From: Felis catus
Lineage: Eukaryota
Assembly: GCF_018350175.1 (NCBI RefSeq)
Contig: NC_058368.1
Span: 106,394,001 to 106,458,000 of the forward strand
Direction: 5' to 3'
DNA length: 64,000 nt
Shown one piece after another: positions 24,412 through 38,029 of the stretch (the first letter of the stretch is position 1; each line of letters begins with the position of its first letter). The notes below the pieces were generated by a model. That model ran no database searches, was not told the DNA's origin, and worked only from the letters and a program-made list of their open reading frames with translations. A program made the position numbers and the translations under genes.

Positions 24412-26346
24412 GGCAATGAAGGTAAACAATGTAATGTTGAAGTAACAAATGTATAATGTATACATATCACTTGTTTTATGTATTTTGTTAGGTTTTCTAC
24501 TTAGAGAGAGAGTGAAATCCTCTCCAAATTAACCACTGATGGACGGAAGTAGAGTTTTCTTGGTTAGTTTTGATAATTTTTGTATTTCAGCTTCTATTTC
24601 CTGTTCATTTATGAAGACTGTATTTTCCTCTACTTATGAGAACATCCTTTCCTCTAGTTCTTTGAGCGTATTTATACTTCCTGTGTTAAATATTGTCTAA
24701 TAAATTTACCATCTTAGCCAATTTAGGTTAGGTATCTACTGACTGTGGGTTTTTGTTTTGTTTTGTTTTAGCTGTGTTTAACAGTACTTATTGTAATTCT
24801 TGCATTTTTTTTTTTCATGTGGAAAGCACATTACTGAGAAAACATTTTGTACAAACAGTAAGGTTTTTTTCTTTTGAGCATGCAGTTAAATTATTAATTG
24901 AACATTTAGAACTTGTGTAGTCTTGATTTAATGCTTTCTTAGAATCTTTGGAAAGCTTAGGGAATTTTCTCAAGCCCCTGTTACTTGGGATGTCAATTTT
25001 CAAAATGTGCTTTGCTAATCTTGAAGGACTTGGTTTCAATTTGTTTCAGGCTACATTTAAAGTGGGCCTTACCTTCGACCTTGGGCCTTACTTCCAGAGT
25101 TGGCTTTTGGTCTTTGCTGAGTGCACATGATACTAATGCAGTAATAAGGAGGTGTTAATAAGATGTCAGTGCTGCTGTTTTCTTGGCAACATAAAACAAG
25201 GAAAATGATGTTTTAGCTTGTTTGGGCTATGAACTTGTCTTTATTATGTTTCTGGGTTTTGTGTGAATGATATTTTGTCATCTTTTTTTTACAGCTGAAA
25301 CTCTGGGGATTTAAAATGAGCATCTTTTGCACGATCTTCTTACATGAAAAACAGTTGAAACTTAATGTTCCACATCATTCTGCCATGCATTATCTAAATA
25401 AACCTTTGTGAGCTGCATGACATCCATTTTGACCTGAATTTTCTTGCCCAGCGTAACTTGGGAAGACTACATCCTCTAGGACCACATGTACACAGCTGTC
25501 AGAGTGTGGTTTCTTGAATGCATTTATTTTTTTTTTTATGTAGCTTTTTCAAGTAGGCTTAGTCAAAATTCTCCTGAGCATTGAAGACAATGTGCTTCCC
25601 ACTCAACTTTTTCTCCAACTCATGGACTTAACAGACTTTTTTTCTAGAAAGATTTCAGTTGAGGAATAGAAAGAACAGAAGATTGTAATAGCTTTCTGAT
25701 GACCGTCAACTTCAATTTCCTTGGCTGCTATTATCTGCAGCTCCCATAGCTGGGCCTTCACATATGAATTAACCTCCAGCCTAAGGAGAGTCTGAGAGAC
25801 ATAGAAAAGAAGTGGCGTGGCTTTTCACCTTTAGGCTTCACTATCTTTAGGGCCCTGCCTGAATTACGTCCTCCTGGTTGAGCGCTGGCCCAGGAAGAGA
25901 ATACTTTATTTTTAAAGTTTCCTCAGCCTTGTATTAGAAACATCAGATACTGTGGTATTAAACAAGATGACCAATGAGGCTGTATTCCAGTTCATAGTCT
26001 ATTTTGAAAACCCTGCCTCGTAATGTCACTCAAATGTGTCCCATCCTTTCCACCTTGACTGCCACAATTTCTGTCCAGATATTGATAATTACTAGCTTGG
26101 CTTATTGACACTGATTTTCCTAGCATCCACTCTGGAAGTCCAGTAATTCCTTATCCACAGAGCTCTGTAGAGGATACAGCATTTTAAAAAGGCAAATTAC
26201 TTGGAATGTGAAATTCTCCTCTGCATTAAGTGGAAACTATACATGAAAGGAATGAAATGAGGAGGAAGAGAAAATAGCCCTGAAAGAGAACAGAAAAGCA
26301 TAACGTTTTGAACAGTTGGGTTCTTCACTCCTTGAACCATACCTTC

Positions 26347-26548
26347 TTTTTTTTTTTTTTTTAATTTTTATTTATTTTGGGCAGAGTACGAGTGGGGAGG
26401 GCCAGAGAGAAGGGAACAGAGGATCTGCTTCAGATCCTGAAGCAGGCTGACAGCAGCAAGCCCAACGTGGGGCTCAAACTCATGAACTGTGAGATCATGA
26501 CCTGAGCCGAAGTCCAACGCTCAACCAACTGAGCCACCCAGGTGGCCC
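26347..26548 (-). mobile_element. CanSINE
   Basis: TSD AACCATACCTTCT. Confidence 0.92.
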
Positions 26549-26736
26549 AAACCATACCTTCTGCAGGTATGGCTGCAGACTTCTCTTTATAAGCTACATA
26601 CTGTATTCAATGCAGTTTTGCCTGTTCTCTGTCCCACTGAAAGCCAGCTTGCTCCCATACGATTGACTCTCTGTCTGTCCCACTAATATGGATGTCCGTG
26701 CCCATGTTGACTGCCACTTTAAGATTAACAGCTTCT

Positions 26737-26960
26737 GGGATGCCTGGGTGCCTCAGTCCGGTAAACATCTGACGTCGGCTCAGGTCACAATCTCGCAGTT
26801 TGTGGGTTCAAGCCCCGTGTAGGCTCTGTGCCGACAGCTCAGAACCTGGAGCCTGCTTCAGATTCTGTGACTCCTCTCCTTGCCCATTCCACCCCCCACT
26901 CAGGCTATGTCTCTTTATCTCTCAAAAATAAACATTAAGTATATTTAAAAAAAAAAAAAA
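26737..26960 (+). mobile_element. CanSINE
   Basis: TSD AAGATTAACAG(C/T)TTC. Confidence 0.92.
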
Positions 26961-28437
26961 GATTAACAGTTTCATAGACCGTTCACCTGGCTTTGAATTT
27001 ATTTTCTGAGATACTACTTTTTGGATTGTCTCCTCTTCCCTAATTGCCAATCCCAGCTTTATTGTGAAGGCGGTAGTGGTTAAGATTGATGGACCCAAGT
27101 TTCTGAGTACATTGTTCTACAATATTCCGCCTAGGTTTCCAGATTCAGGTTTCCTTTAAGTTAAAAACAAAAACAAACAAAAAAAATCCAAACCAAAACA
27201 AACAAAAAACACACAAAATTATGCTTCTGCATAGTTGGGTAGGGTAAAAAAATACCCAACTGGGCTATGAGATAGATTTTTTTTTTTTTTTTTGCTTTCA
27301 ACTTTTGAATACATATGTATTGTACACGAATGCATATTATTTTTTGGTGTGCTGTACACAACAGCAAGTGATTTAAACTGTGTTTCTATTTTTGGAGTGC
27401 TTTCGGTATTCCAGAGGACACAGACCATCACAATATTGAGAGTTGTTCTACAATAAAGAAGTAGAGGGGTCATTCAAGTACCTCATTGAAACCTCTCAGT
27501 CCACCAAGTCAGGTTTTTTTGTTTTGTTTTGTTTTGTTTTGAGAATAATTTTTAAAAGATTTGGGTTACCAAGGAAGGAGTTAGGGTTATGTGGAAAAGA
27601 TGGCAGGGACCTCGGTGTCTTCATTGGGTGGATGGGGATTATTGAGAGAAACAGCAGGAAAGGTAAATGGGAGCTTCTTCATGAAGACCCTTGTGAGCCT
27701 TGTAGAGAAATTTGGATTGTATCCTGATGCAGGACATGTGTATTCAAAACATCTAGTAATCTTACTCCAGCCTGGAGTCTTAATCCGTAGGTCTGAAGTG
27801 AAAGTTGCTTTCCTGCATTTGTAATATGCTCTATGTGTGGCTGATGCTGCAGGTTCGTGGCCCACACTTGAGATAGCCTTCTCCTAAGGGACATAGTAAG
27901 AATTTGAAGTAGATCATGAAATCCAATCATGACTTGTTTGTGTTCTGAAAAGATAGCTGTGATTTCAGAATAGAGAATTACCTGAATGGGGCAAGATTGC
28001 ACCCAGCAAGTTTTTTTTAGTAGGGTGTGTTAGTAATCCTGGTTAGATGTAACAGGGACTTAGCCTGCTAGATGGCCCCAGGGATAGAGAGAACTAAGCA
28101 CATTCAGAGATGCTTAGGAGGCAAAGATGAGGATCTTGGAAATAGGTTGGATTTTGGAAGTGAAACAGAAAATAGACAATAAGGATTATTAGATTCCTGG
28201 TTTGGTCAAATTTATAGCTGCTCAATGTGACAAAGTATCTGTGGAAAGACTGTAAAACATGCAAACAATATGAAAAGGTGCTATTTTTTTAATATAAATT
28301 AGAAATACCTGCTTATTATCTGTAAATTTAGAGACGTAATATGTTTGGCATGAATACAGAATCAAAAATAAAGAGTTTTTTTCTTTGTTCTATGGTTCAA
28401 ATAGAGACTTCTCTTTTCTTAAATTGTTATATGTTGA

Positions 28438-28563
28438 CGGGCTCTGTGCTGACAGCTCGGAGCCTGGAGCCTGCTTCAGATTCTGTGTCTCCCTTTCTCT
28501 GCCCCTTCCCTGTTCATGCTCTGTCTCTCTCTGTCTCTCAGAAATGAATAAATGTTAAAAAAA
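28438..28563 (+). mobile_element. CanSINE, 5'-truncated
   Basis: Begins at CGGGCTCTGTGCTGACAG. Confidence 0.9.
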
Positions 28564-29295
28564 TTTTTTTTAATTGTTAAACGTTGAGATGAGTCAATAA
28601 AATGAACTCACTTGAGTTTGGCATGATGGACCCAAGGAACTGTTAGTGATGTAGTTACCACAGGGAATGTCTTCAATTTCTCCTGGCTGTTACCTTTCAG
28701 CTCTGACTTTGTTCAGTTAGACTCTTGTGAGTGGGTAAAGGATTATGATAAAACATCTATTTCAAGATACTTTAAATCTTACTTTGCTAAATCCACTGAT
28801 GTTGAAGTTTTTTTTTTTTTATTTAGTAAGATTAACTTTTTTTTTTTTTTTTTTTTTTTTACCAATCCTCTCTGGTACAGTGGGATAGCTAATTGGGAGT
28901 AGCAACATTGCTGACTAAATAAGCTTGTCCCATTATTGTTACTTGTGCAAATTCAGTTGGTACCTGGGCTTGTCTTGCACAGATAAATGTTAGGGCTCTC
29001 AAAAAATATTTACACTGGGAAGAGTATGTCCATGATGGAAGGTTCTTGGAAAAATTTAGTCCTTGGATTCTGCTATACCCCCCATATTTCTCTTCAGAAG
29101 AACTACATTTTGAGAAGAATCTTGTACTTGATCAGACTGTGGTTTAGAGCCATGATGACTTCTTTGCTCAAGTCTGAGCTTTGTAACCGTTGTCATCTTG
29201 AGAGTCGTTTGGGGTGCTCGCCTCAAAGAACACTTTTTTTTTTTCTGATTCTTTGTAAGCAATGACAAAATCAGAATGTTCAAGAGAGAAACCTA

Positions 29296-29799
29296 GTTTA
29301 TTCTGGGTTCTAGCAAGAAGCAGAAACGGGATATGTACATATATGTGTACATGTGCTTTGGGGTGTCTCTATGTGGAAGTTGATTAACAAATTACTTCAC
29401 GTGGTTATGTGGGCTTAGAAGTCTCCCATTCTGCCACCTGCAAGCTAGAGAACCAGAAAGGCTGGCAGGTGTCCATCAGTCCAAGTCTGAAGGCCTGAGA
29501 AGCAGAGATGCTAATGATACGAGTCTGGTCTGAGGCCAAAAGAGATGAAATGGGATGTCCCTGCTCAACTAATGAGGCAGGAAAAAAGACCCCTGTCCCT
29601 CCTTCCTCTGCCTTTTTTGTGTTCACGCCCTCCTCAGGTTGCTTGATGCCCACCACAGTGGGGAGGGCAGTCTACTTTATTGGGTCCACTGATGCAAATG
29701 TTAATCTCATCTGGACACATCTGCCCCAAAAGTCATCACAATAATTTAATCTACCCACCCCATGGCTCACTCAAATTGACACATAAAATGAACCACCAG
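29296..29799 (-). mobile_element. MLT2-type LTR (3' LTR of the ERV-L provirus)
   Basis: Minus strand begins GGTGGTTCATTTTATGTGTCAATTTGAG (MLT2 start); CCCACCACAGTGGGGAGGGCAGTCTACT is shared with the other LTR. Confidence 0.85.
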
Positions 29800-32700
29800 T
29801 CCACATCTTATCTACTTGGACCCCCACCACATCTCCTTGAACCATATCTGATTTCTAAATAATAATAACAAGGTCTTAATTCTGCCTATTAGGCAACAAC
29901 TGTCCTGTGTACAATTGGAAATGGAGTGGCTGCTTCCCAGTAAAGGAGGTAAAATCCTTGAATAATGCTTTATCTTTTCCTTGATATCCTATAACTTACC
30001 CTAAGATGTTGAATTAATAATACTTGACTACTAAGGTACAAAATCAATACATGTTGTGTTACACGGTAAGGGAATAAGAGGAAAGAAAAGGTGTGTGTGT
30101 GTATTGTACAGAAATAGTCCTAATTTGTGTGATGGTCCCATGGTTGTAACTGGTATTTATAATTACTTTCTTTGCCTTCTCATTCTGTATTCCCTTTGTA
30201 TTCAGGAAGCACATCAGTTGGTCTTCATTCTGAGCAGTTAGAAGTCTTCCTTGGATTGGGTTAGTGTAGTTTTCTATTGACCTTAAGTATAGGACATGAT
30301 GCTACTAAGTGATGCCCTTAAGGAATTGCCTCTGTTCCAGACAAACTCTTCCTTGCTTCCGTTATAGAGTAGGAGTCCAGTTTTATCTTGGTATTAGATC
30401 AATATACCCCAGTTAACAGTAAAACTCCCTTTGTGGCCAGGTCATTCAGAAACATTAGGAGCCCAAGGTGGCCAGCCAGTGGCAATCTTCCCTTCCAGAT
30501 AAATGGACTCATTTTATGTCTGTTGATAGATTTCCTACCTGTGGAAATAAAACTGCTTGGCTAGCAGAGCATATTATGTCAAGAACAAAGAGCAAAAATT
30601 TTACTAGTAGATATCAAGGGTAGTACTGAGTGGTTCCACTGCCATTTCTCCTCCTTGATACTTGGAGCTATTTATTCTGGCTATTGGAAGAATAGCATCA
30701 TATATTGGATACTGATTGAGAGTATATGTAGCATTCTAGGGTATCTTGTTGAGGACCTGCAAAGAATTGCTACTTAAATGGCACTGTAACTGAGTCATCA
30801 AAAGGCCATTACTCTGTTTTATCTAGCTAGTTGCCTTGGGGTGGTGAGGAACATAGTAAGACCAGTGAATTCTATGAGCCTGGGTCCATCACTGTCCTTT
30901 TGCTATAAAAAACTTTGCTTGATCTAAAGCATTGCTTTGTGGAATACTATGCTGATTGATAAGGCATTCTATGCTGATTGATAAGCCCCAGACTTCATAA
31001 AATTTTTTTATCTTGAGTTTTCTAATTATAATCCTTCGATATCCCTGGACATTCAGCCAAACTATTAGCTACAGTCCATGAATTGGTATATAATTGTACA
31101 TCTGCCCATTTCTCCTTCCAAGCAAAGTGAAAAACCACGTGCACCCCCCCATGGAGAAGATTCCCTTCCCTGTTTTCCTTCAGAGATTTCCCACAGAGGG
31201 TTATAGTGCTACAGCTGTCAACTTTAAGGTGAGAGCTGCATATCCTGCAGAATCATTTTTAAACTATACTGTCATCTTCTATCAGTGATTGTAAGAAAAT
31301 ATGTATAAGGCCCTAGATGGGGGCTGGGAAAGAGAAGGCACTTTTAACAGGAACAGTGATCAGGGGCTTTTGAGCCACTTCTCGGAACTTATTTGTGCCT
31401 TAAGAAGCTGCTCAGGGCTGGTCATGTGTACTTGTTCCATTTGATGATGGACTATTGCTGTGCACACCCAACTTAATGGCTTAGTGATCAGGTATCACCA
31501 TTCCAAATTAGTTGCTATTTTTTGCTCACTAGCTGTAAGCAGCTTATTGTCATCAATATACTAGACCATTGTATATGTACTTACAGAAGGTAAAGGTGGT
31601 CAGTATCTCTCAATTATGACATATGACTGGAGATTTGGGATAAACACTTGAGGTAGGACCAAGATTAATCAGCTAACATCATGGCAATACATAAGTGAAG
31701 GTGTATTACTGGCCTTGCCAGTTGAAAAAAATACATTTCTGGTGGACATTATGGACAGATATGGAGAAAAAGCTGTTTTCCAGATGAATGGCTGAATACT
31801 TGGTACCAGGGGATGTGTTAATTTGCTCAAGTAATGAAATGACATCTGGTACAGCAGCTGCAGTTGTAGTCAGTACCTAGTTAATCTTAGAGTAACCTAC
31901 TGTCATTCTCCAACGCCCATCTGTCTTTGGCTCTGGGAAAATAGGAGAGTTGAATAAGCATGTGGTGTGTGAATCTGTCTTTCAAGTCCCTGATGAGGAC
32001 ACCAGTCTCTGCAGTCCTTCCAGGAATGTGGTATTACTTTTGCATTATTTTCCTATGTAGAAGCAGTTGTAATGGCTTTCACTTGGACTCACCTACCAGA
32101 ATAGCCACTCTGTAGGTCAGACATTTCTAGGGTTTGGGGTTTCTACCAGTTCCTGAGTACGTCTGTTGTATTTGTACATTCTAAAACTGTGGGGAAATAC
32201 TCATAGGATTGGTTCAGGGCCACTGTGTCACCTGAGAGATGGACCAGAGGAAAAACTCCATTGATCTCCTGACCTCCCTAAGTCCTTACTTTCGTGGGCC
32301 ATGGTCATGTTTCATGTCTCCTGGAATTAGTGCCAATTCAGAGCCAGTGTCTAGTAGTTCCTGAAAGTTGTGGTTATTTCCTTGTATTGTTACCCTGTGA
32401 AAAGGCCAGAGGTGCCTTTTATGAAGGCTGGGTGAAATAGGAACCATGCGACTTTTTGGTGGGATAATGAGGTCCTTGCTGGAATGAGGTCCTGGCCTCC
32501 CCTCTTGAGTGGGTTTTAGGTCTAGAAACCTCTGAGAATGAGGAGCTGTGATTCTCTGTGATTGGGTTTACACTTTGGTTCATTTAACGTAGACTTTTTT
32601 GGTTACACAGATTCAATAAGAATTTAATAAGCGTTGCGTCTATTTTACTTGTAAGAACACTAAAAGTAGTTAGTCAATATAATAGGTTTTACATGAGTCG

Positions 32701-33488
32701 GATTGTTGTGATTGCTTCTGGACTCAGTATCCATTTACGCACATTCCTCAGATTTCTGTCTGTAAAAGTTACAAAGTCTGAAAGTTCTTTTGGAGTATAA
32801 CACATGTCCTCCAAGATCACACCTTTTGCTTCACTGGTAGGGAGCTGCTGGGGCTTGTGTCTAGTTCCAGATCCAAAAGCTGAGGAGGGCGATGGAGTGG
32901 GTCCTGAGGAGAATCACAGGAGGCCATTAGAGTTAAATCAGACAATATAGTTTTCCTCACCAGAAGTGGAGGGAAGGCAGACCACTAATGGGGGTGAGGA
33001 GAAGCCACTTCTACTGACCATAAAGTCTCACCAGAATTACCGGTCCGTATTCCCAGCTGCACTTTCATTGTAATTCAGCTGATGATACGATAAGATGTTG
33101 CCCTGGATTTTCAGGAATTTCAACCCTGAGGGGATAGGAGATCAGGGTCTCCTTAGGACACACATGGTGCTCTCAGGTTATTTATGCTGTGTTCAAGCTA
33201 GGAATTCAAATTCCTAAGCTCCTCCTTTGTACCACTTTGTCCAGAAACATTAGGAACAACCAGATGACTGATACTTTTGGAAAATATGAGTTTAAAAGGT
33301 ATCACCCAGGTTCCTACTTTTTATAAGGGATTGGTCAGGAGTATACAATGCCGACTATTTTATGTATCTCTAATGCCAAATCATGCCATGGGATATCCAT
33401 GTGCTCTGTTACTAGAAATCCTGGAACCAATTTAGAAAAATCATCTTGAAAATTCTCTTCTTCTGAAACCACTCTTGATACCTAAATC
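29800..33488 (-). pseudogene. ERV-L (class III, MLT2/HERV-L-like) internal region, degenerate gag-pro-pol
   Basis: Minus-strand translations: protease FQELLDTGSELALIPGD (~32316-32370), RT FNSPIFPEPKTDGRWRMTVGY (~31880-31955), MV*YIDD (~31545-31572); PBS-like GATTTAGGTATCAAGAGTGGTT next to the 5' LTR; many stops. Confidence 0.9.
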
Positions 33489-34062
33489 TGTAGTAATCAG
33501 CATTCTCTGGACAAAAAGAACCAATGGGGGAAATTGTATATGTATGTATTCTTTGTATATATCTGAGTATATCATTTCATCATCTGTAAATATCTGTTCT
33601 CTCTCCTCTATCTGATATATATATGTGTGTATATACATATATCACATACGTGTAATGGGATGTAATAGGGATGAGCTCACATGATAATGGAGGCTGGAAA
33701 GTCTCAGGATCTGCCCCCTTTCTGCTGGAGAACAGGAAAATCAAATTGTGTCATTCAGTAAGAATCTGAAGGTCTAAGAGACCTGCTGATGCAAATCCTA
33801 GTCTAGGGCAGGATGAGATGAGGTGAAATGAAATGTCCCAGTTTACTCAGTGGGGCAGGAAAATAAAGGGGTGAATGCCTCCTTCTATGTAAGACTTACT
33901 GGATTGCTGATGCCCAACCACAGTGGGGAGGGCAATCTACTGAGTACATTGATTGAAATAGTAACCTCAACTGGAAACAGTGTTATAGACACCTCTGGAT
34001 ACCATGTATGATTTGGACACCCACTGACCCACCCAAACTGACTCCTACAATTGACCATCACA
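33489..34062 (-). mobile_element. MLT2-type LTR (5' LTR of the ERV-L provirus)
   Basis: TG...CA termini; minus strand starts TGTGATGGTCAATTGTAGG; internal TA/TG microsatellite typical of MLT2. Confidence 0.88.
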
Positions 34063-34810
34063 GTGAGAAATCTATATTTTGTTAGTAATCCTCTCAGCAG
34101 ATGATTTTCATGTGTACACATTTGACTTCTGGCTCACATTATTCTTCCGTAAGAAATTTGATTCCCTACTGTATAAAAATTGAGTAAAATGTTCACCCAA
34201 ATATGCACACTCTAGAAAGTAGGTGAAAATAATCCAATTTTAGGTTCTTGAGAAAAGAAACGTTTGGACATTTAATCTTGGAAGATTCACTGGGCTGTCT
34301 TATAAAGGAGTGCTTAAGTGGATGGGATAGTATAGTAGAAAGTGCAATTATAGAATGTCATAGGTAAATGGAGTTCTAATAAGAAATTGTCCTGGTTATC
34401 CTTTTACTTTTTTTTTTTTTTTCCTTTTTTAGATTTGCTATGGTGTGCATTATTGGAAAACTTACCAGCAGGTGGTAGCGCTGTTTAACAAATATATCTC
34501 TGATCACAAAACAAGCATTTGTGAATGAATTCCTGACTGCAGCACCATTTCAATATGTCACAATATGGAACTGTGATTCAGAAACCCTGACATCATCATT
34601 TTGCAAAAATTATCTCCTCTACTTAAAAATCATGAGTAACACAGAGATAAAACATCACAAACCAGGACAATTATTCTTAAGGGTGAAGCAAAATGACTGT
34701 GACATCCTTGAGAAGGAAACAATGCTGTGTAATGGCAAATACTTATCCTTTAAACAATCGTTGGTTATGCTCTCATTTATTTTAGGATGGCTCCTTAAGA
34801 GCAACAATGC

Positions 34811-34854
34811 TCTTGTTGGATCCTAAAAGGTCATCTTGTTGGATCCTAAAAGGT
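34811..34854. repeat. Tandem duplication, 21-nt unit, period 23
   Basis: TCTTGTTGGATCCTAAAAGGT twice, exact. Confidence 0.9.
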
Positions 34855-35505
34855 TGATACTCATAAATGGAAAATGATTTTCCCATTGGATATATAGTCA
34901 ACTATTTTTTGACTATTTTTTAATTCCGTTTTGTCTGTGAGGTGTAAGTTGCCAAACCCAGAAGTTTGTTGGGTTTAAGAGTAGCTCTAGCTTCTGAATG
35001 CTTTTTCAGGCACAACCATTGTTTATCTAACATTTATACCTTCGTGAAAGAAAGGGCTAATGTCCAAGAGAACCCCAACAACTGCAAGGTATTTTTCAGA
35101 GGAAATGGTATCTACAAGTACCGTCTGTAATATTCAAAGTATTAATTACATAGTGAGTATTTACTGTGTATTTACTGCTTATTTACTCAGTTTACTGAGT
35201 ATTTACTTTGTGCTGAGAAGTGTACTAATGACTAAAGGGATTCAGAGATAAAGAGCCTAGACGATGCCAAAAATTAAGAACTTTGGTTCTTTTTTTTTGA
35301 TGTGACAGATATTTACTGATCACATTCAATAGACCACACATGCTATTAATGGCTGGGGCCATAGACTATACAAGACATCCCTAATTCTCAAAGTTACATC
35401 TTCTGCAGGTTAATTATAGACTACCTGTAAACAAGAGCAAACAGATAAAGTACATAAGGCCAGAGAACAGAGTCAGGAAAAGGAATTCAGTCAGGTTGTT
35501 ATTTA

Positions 35506-35734
35506 CTTTCTTTTCTTTCTTTTCTTTCTTTTCTTTCTTTTCTTTCTTTTCTTTCTTTTCTTTCTTTTCTTTCTTTTCTTTCCTTTCTTTTCTTTCTTCC
35601 TTTCTTTTTTCCTTTCTTTTCTTTCTTTTCTTTCTTTCTTTCTTTCTTTCTTTCTCTTTTCTCTCTCTTCCTTCCTTCCTTCCTTCCTTCCTTCCTTCCT
35701 TCCTTCCTTCCTTCCTTCCTTCCTTCTTCCTTCC
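35506..35734. repeat. Compound polypyrimidine STR (CTTTTCTTT)n/(TTTC)n/(TTCC)n in a SINE tail
   Basis: About 230 nt of pure C/T; source of the K/E/R- and F/S-rich ORFs. Confidence 0.95.
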
Positions 35735-35917
35735 TGTTTGAGAGGGAGAAAGAGAGCGCAAGTAGGGGATGTACAGAGAGGGAGACAGAGAATCCCAAGT
35801 AGGCTCTGTACTGTGAGTGCAGAGCCCCACATGGAGCTGGATCCCGTGAACCGTGAGCTCATGTTCTAAGCCGAAACCAAGAGTCGGATGCTTACCCGAC
35901 TGAGCCACCCAGGCACC
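35735..35917 (-). mobile_element. CanSINE body
   Basis: GAGAATCCCAAGTAGGCTCTG...GAGCCACCCAGGCACC. Confidence 0.9.
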
Positions 35918-36179
35918 GTCCCTCACCAGCCCCCCCCCCCAAGTTGCTACTTAGATTAAAGCCAACTTGGACAAGATGGTAGGAAAGATTTTAGGTGCAT
36001 AAAATGATACCTACAAAAATAGGTATTTGATGTGCAAGCAGTATAAATAGTTAATGATTATGGGCTTTGGAGTCAGAATGACCTGAAATAAAGTAATAAC
36101 TCTACCACTTACAAACTGAGTGGTTACTTTGGTTTTTTTGATGGTTGGTTTCATCTTGTGTAAAAAAGAGGTAAGAAGT

Positions 36180-36396
36180 GGGGCGCCTGGGTGGCTCAGT
36201 CCGTTAAGCATCCGACTTCGGCTCAGGTCATGATCTCGCGGTCCGTGAGTTCGAGCCCCGCGTCAGGCTCTGTGCTGACTGCTCAGAGCCTGGAGCCTGT
36301 TTCAGATTCTGTGTCTTCCTCTCTCTCTGACCCTCCCCCATTCATGCTCTGTCTCTCTCTGTCTCAAAAATAAATAAACGTTAAAAAAAAATAAAA
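36180..36396 (+). mobile_element. CanSINE inserted in a MIR
   Basis: TSD AAAAGAGGTAAGAAG; MIR-like flanks at 36040-36175 and 36410-36450. Confidence 0.95.
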
Positions 36397-36626
36397 AGAG
36401 GTAAGAAGATATAGGCTTATTGTGAGAATCCTGTTAAAATTAGTCAACATTAAATTCCAGATGGGGAAAAATCCAATTTTCTGGAGGTACCTAAAATACT
36501 TAAAAGAACAGTTTATATAAGGAACTGTATGCTGGACACTAAAGTGTGGCTTTTTTATAGCAGGCAATGGGAAGTATAGATTCTTGTATAGAAGGAGGAA
36601 TCAGTTAAAAGATACTTAAAAGGTCT

Positions 36627-36828
36627 GAGGTGCCTGGGTGGCTCAGTCAGTTAAGTGTCTGACTTTGGCTCAGGTCGTGATCTCGGGGTTCATGAATTCG
36701 AGCCCCGCATCAGGCTCTGTGCTGACAGCTCGGAGCCTGGACCCTGCTTTGGAGTCTGTGTCTCCCTCTTTCTCTGCCCCTCCCGCTTGATCTCTCTTTC
36801 TCTCTCAAGAAAAAAAAAAACATTAAAA
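36627..36828 (+). mobile_element. CanSINE
   Basis: TSD-like TTAAAAGATACTT(T)AAAAGGTCT. Confidence 0.92.
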
Positions 36829-37902
36829 GATACTTTTAAAAGGTCTCACATCAGTGTGTACAGGGTGTTTGAGGACAGAGGAAATGGAGGCAGGAGAAGG
36901 AAGGTCGTCTCAGGAGTATGGAGGTCAATATGACCTTAGATTTGGGTAAGGAGTTGGAGAGACTTAATGAATTGTCTATGACATCAAGGGCGAGAAAGGA
37001 TTGAAAAGTGATTCTAATAAGGGAGCCTGGGGAGCTGGTGGGTGGTTGTAACTTTGGCAAAAATAAGAGGTGATTTTTTTTTTTTTTATGTGTGAGGAAA
37101 GCAAATTATTATTAGGGAAAGAAGGAGTCAGAAGACACAAAGCACCAGGCAGAAGGGTCAAGATCAACACTGAACATTTCATTTGAAGATAATCTGCTGA
37201 CTTTCAAATTGTTCATTGAAACCAGCTGCTATAGCATGGTTGAAGGGAGTAGGGGGAAAAGGAAAAAAGAAAACCTCACATAAGTATATTCCAAGAAAGA
37301 TAATTTCTGGTGCTGACAGAACATTCAGGAAAGTGATAAAAGCTTCACAGCAAGCCAAACTCTGTTTACATGAACTTGGAATAGCAATTGCCCCTTTGCA
37401 GCATTTCCCCCCAAATCCTTAAAGCCCCATTCTCCTTTAACGATGTCATGACTTGAATTATAATTCCTGATACTAACACATAATAACTAATTTAGCGTCT
37501 GGCTGAGGCATGTGTAGTAAGGTCAAATAGCAGGTACCTCATATTCTATTAAATTACTGTGTTCTTCAGAAAAACTTAGTTTCCCTGGGTTTGCCATATA
37601 GAATGCAATGTCTTTTTGGAACAAACTGACCACCCATAAAACCTGCAAAAAGATGGAACAGTAAAATCCTTTTCTGAGCCTCTGGGAAGAGTTCTCTAAG
37701 ATCCTATCCCTACAACTGTGTCCAGAAACTATTCTGAATATTGAAGTAATAGGCAACCTTATTTCTATCAGCCTGCTTATGTCGTGACAGTATTATCTTT
37801 TGGTATTACCTTTTTACATGAGGGTATGAGCTTCACTAAATGTTAAGAGCATTAAAGACAATAAAAAGACTATTAAAAGAGTGTCCTTTTAAGATTTATA
37901 AA

Positions 37903-38022
37903 TGTATATACACACAATATATACACACATAATGTGTATATTATGTATATTATGTATATATATAATATGCATATATATAATATGTATATATATATGTAAT
38001 GTATATATTATATATATATATA
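37903..38022. repeat. (TA)n/TATG low-complexity microsatellite
   Basis: Directly visible. Confidence 0.9.
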
Positions 38023-38029
38023 ACTGATT

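Noticed and set aside
21608..34854. Short direct repeats as a CRISPR-like array
   Set aside because: Mammalian DNA; only isolated two-copy tandem duplications, with no spacers or cas genes.
35414..35926. 170-aa K/E/R-rich ORF and overlapping ORFs
   Set aside because: Product of a SINE plus the polypurine strand of the microsatellite.
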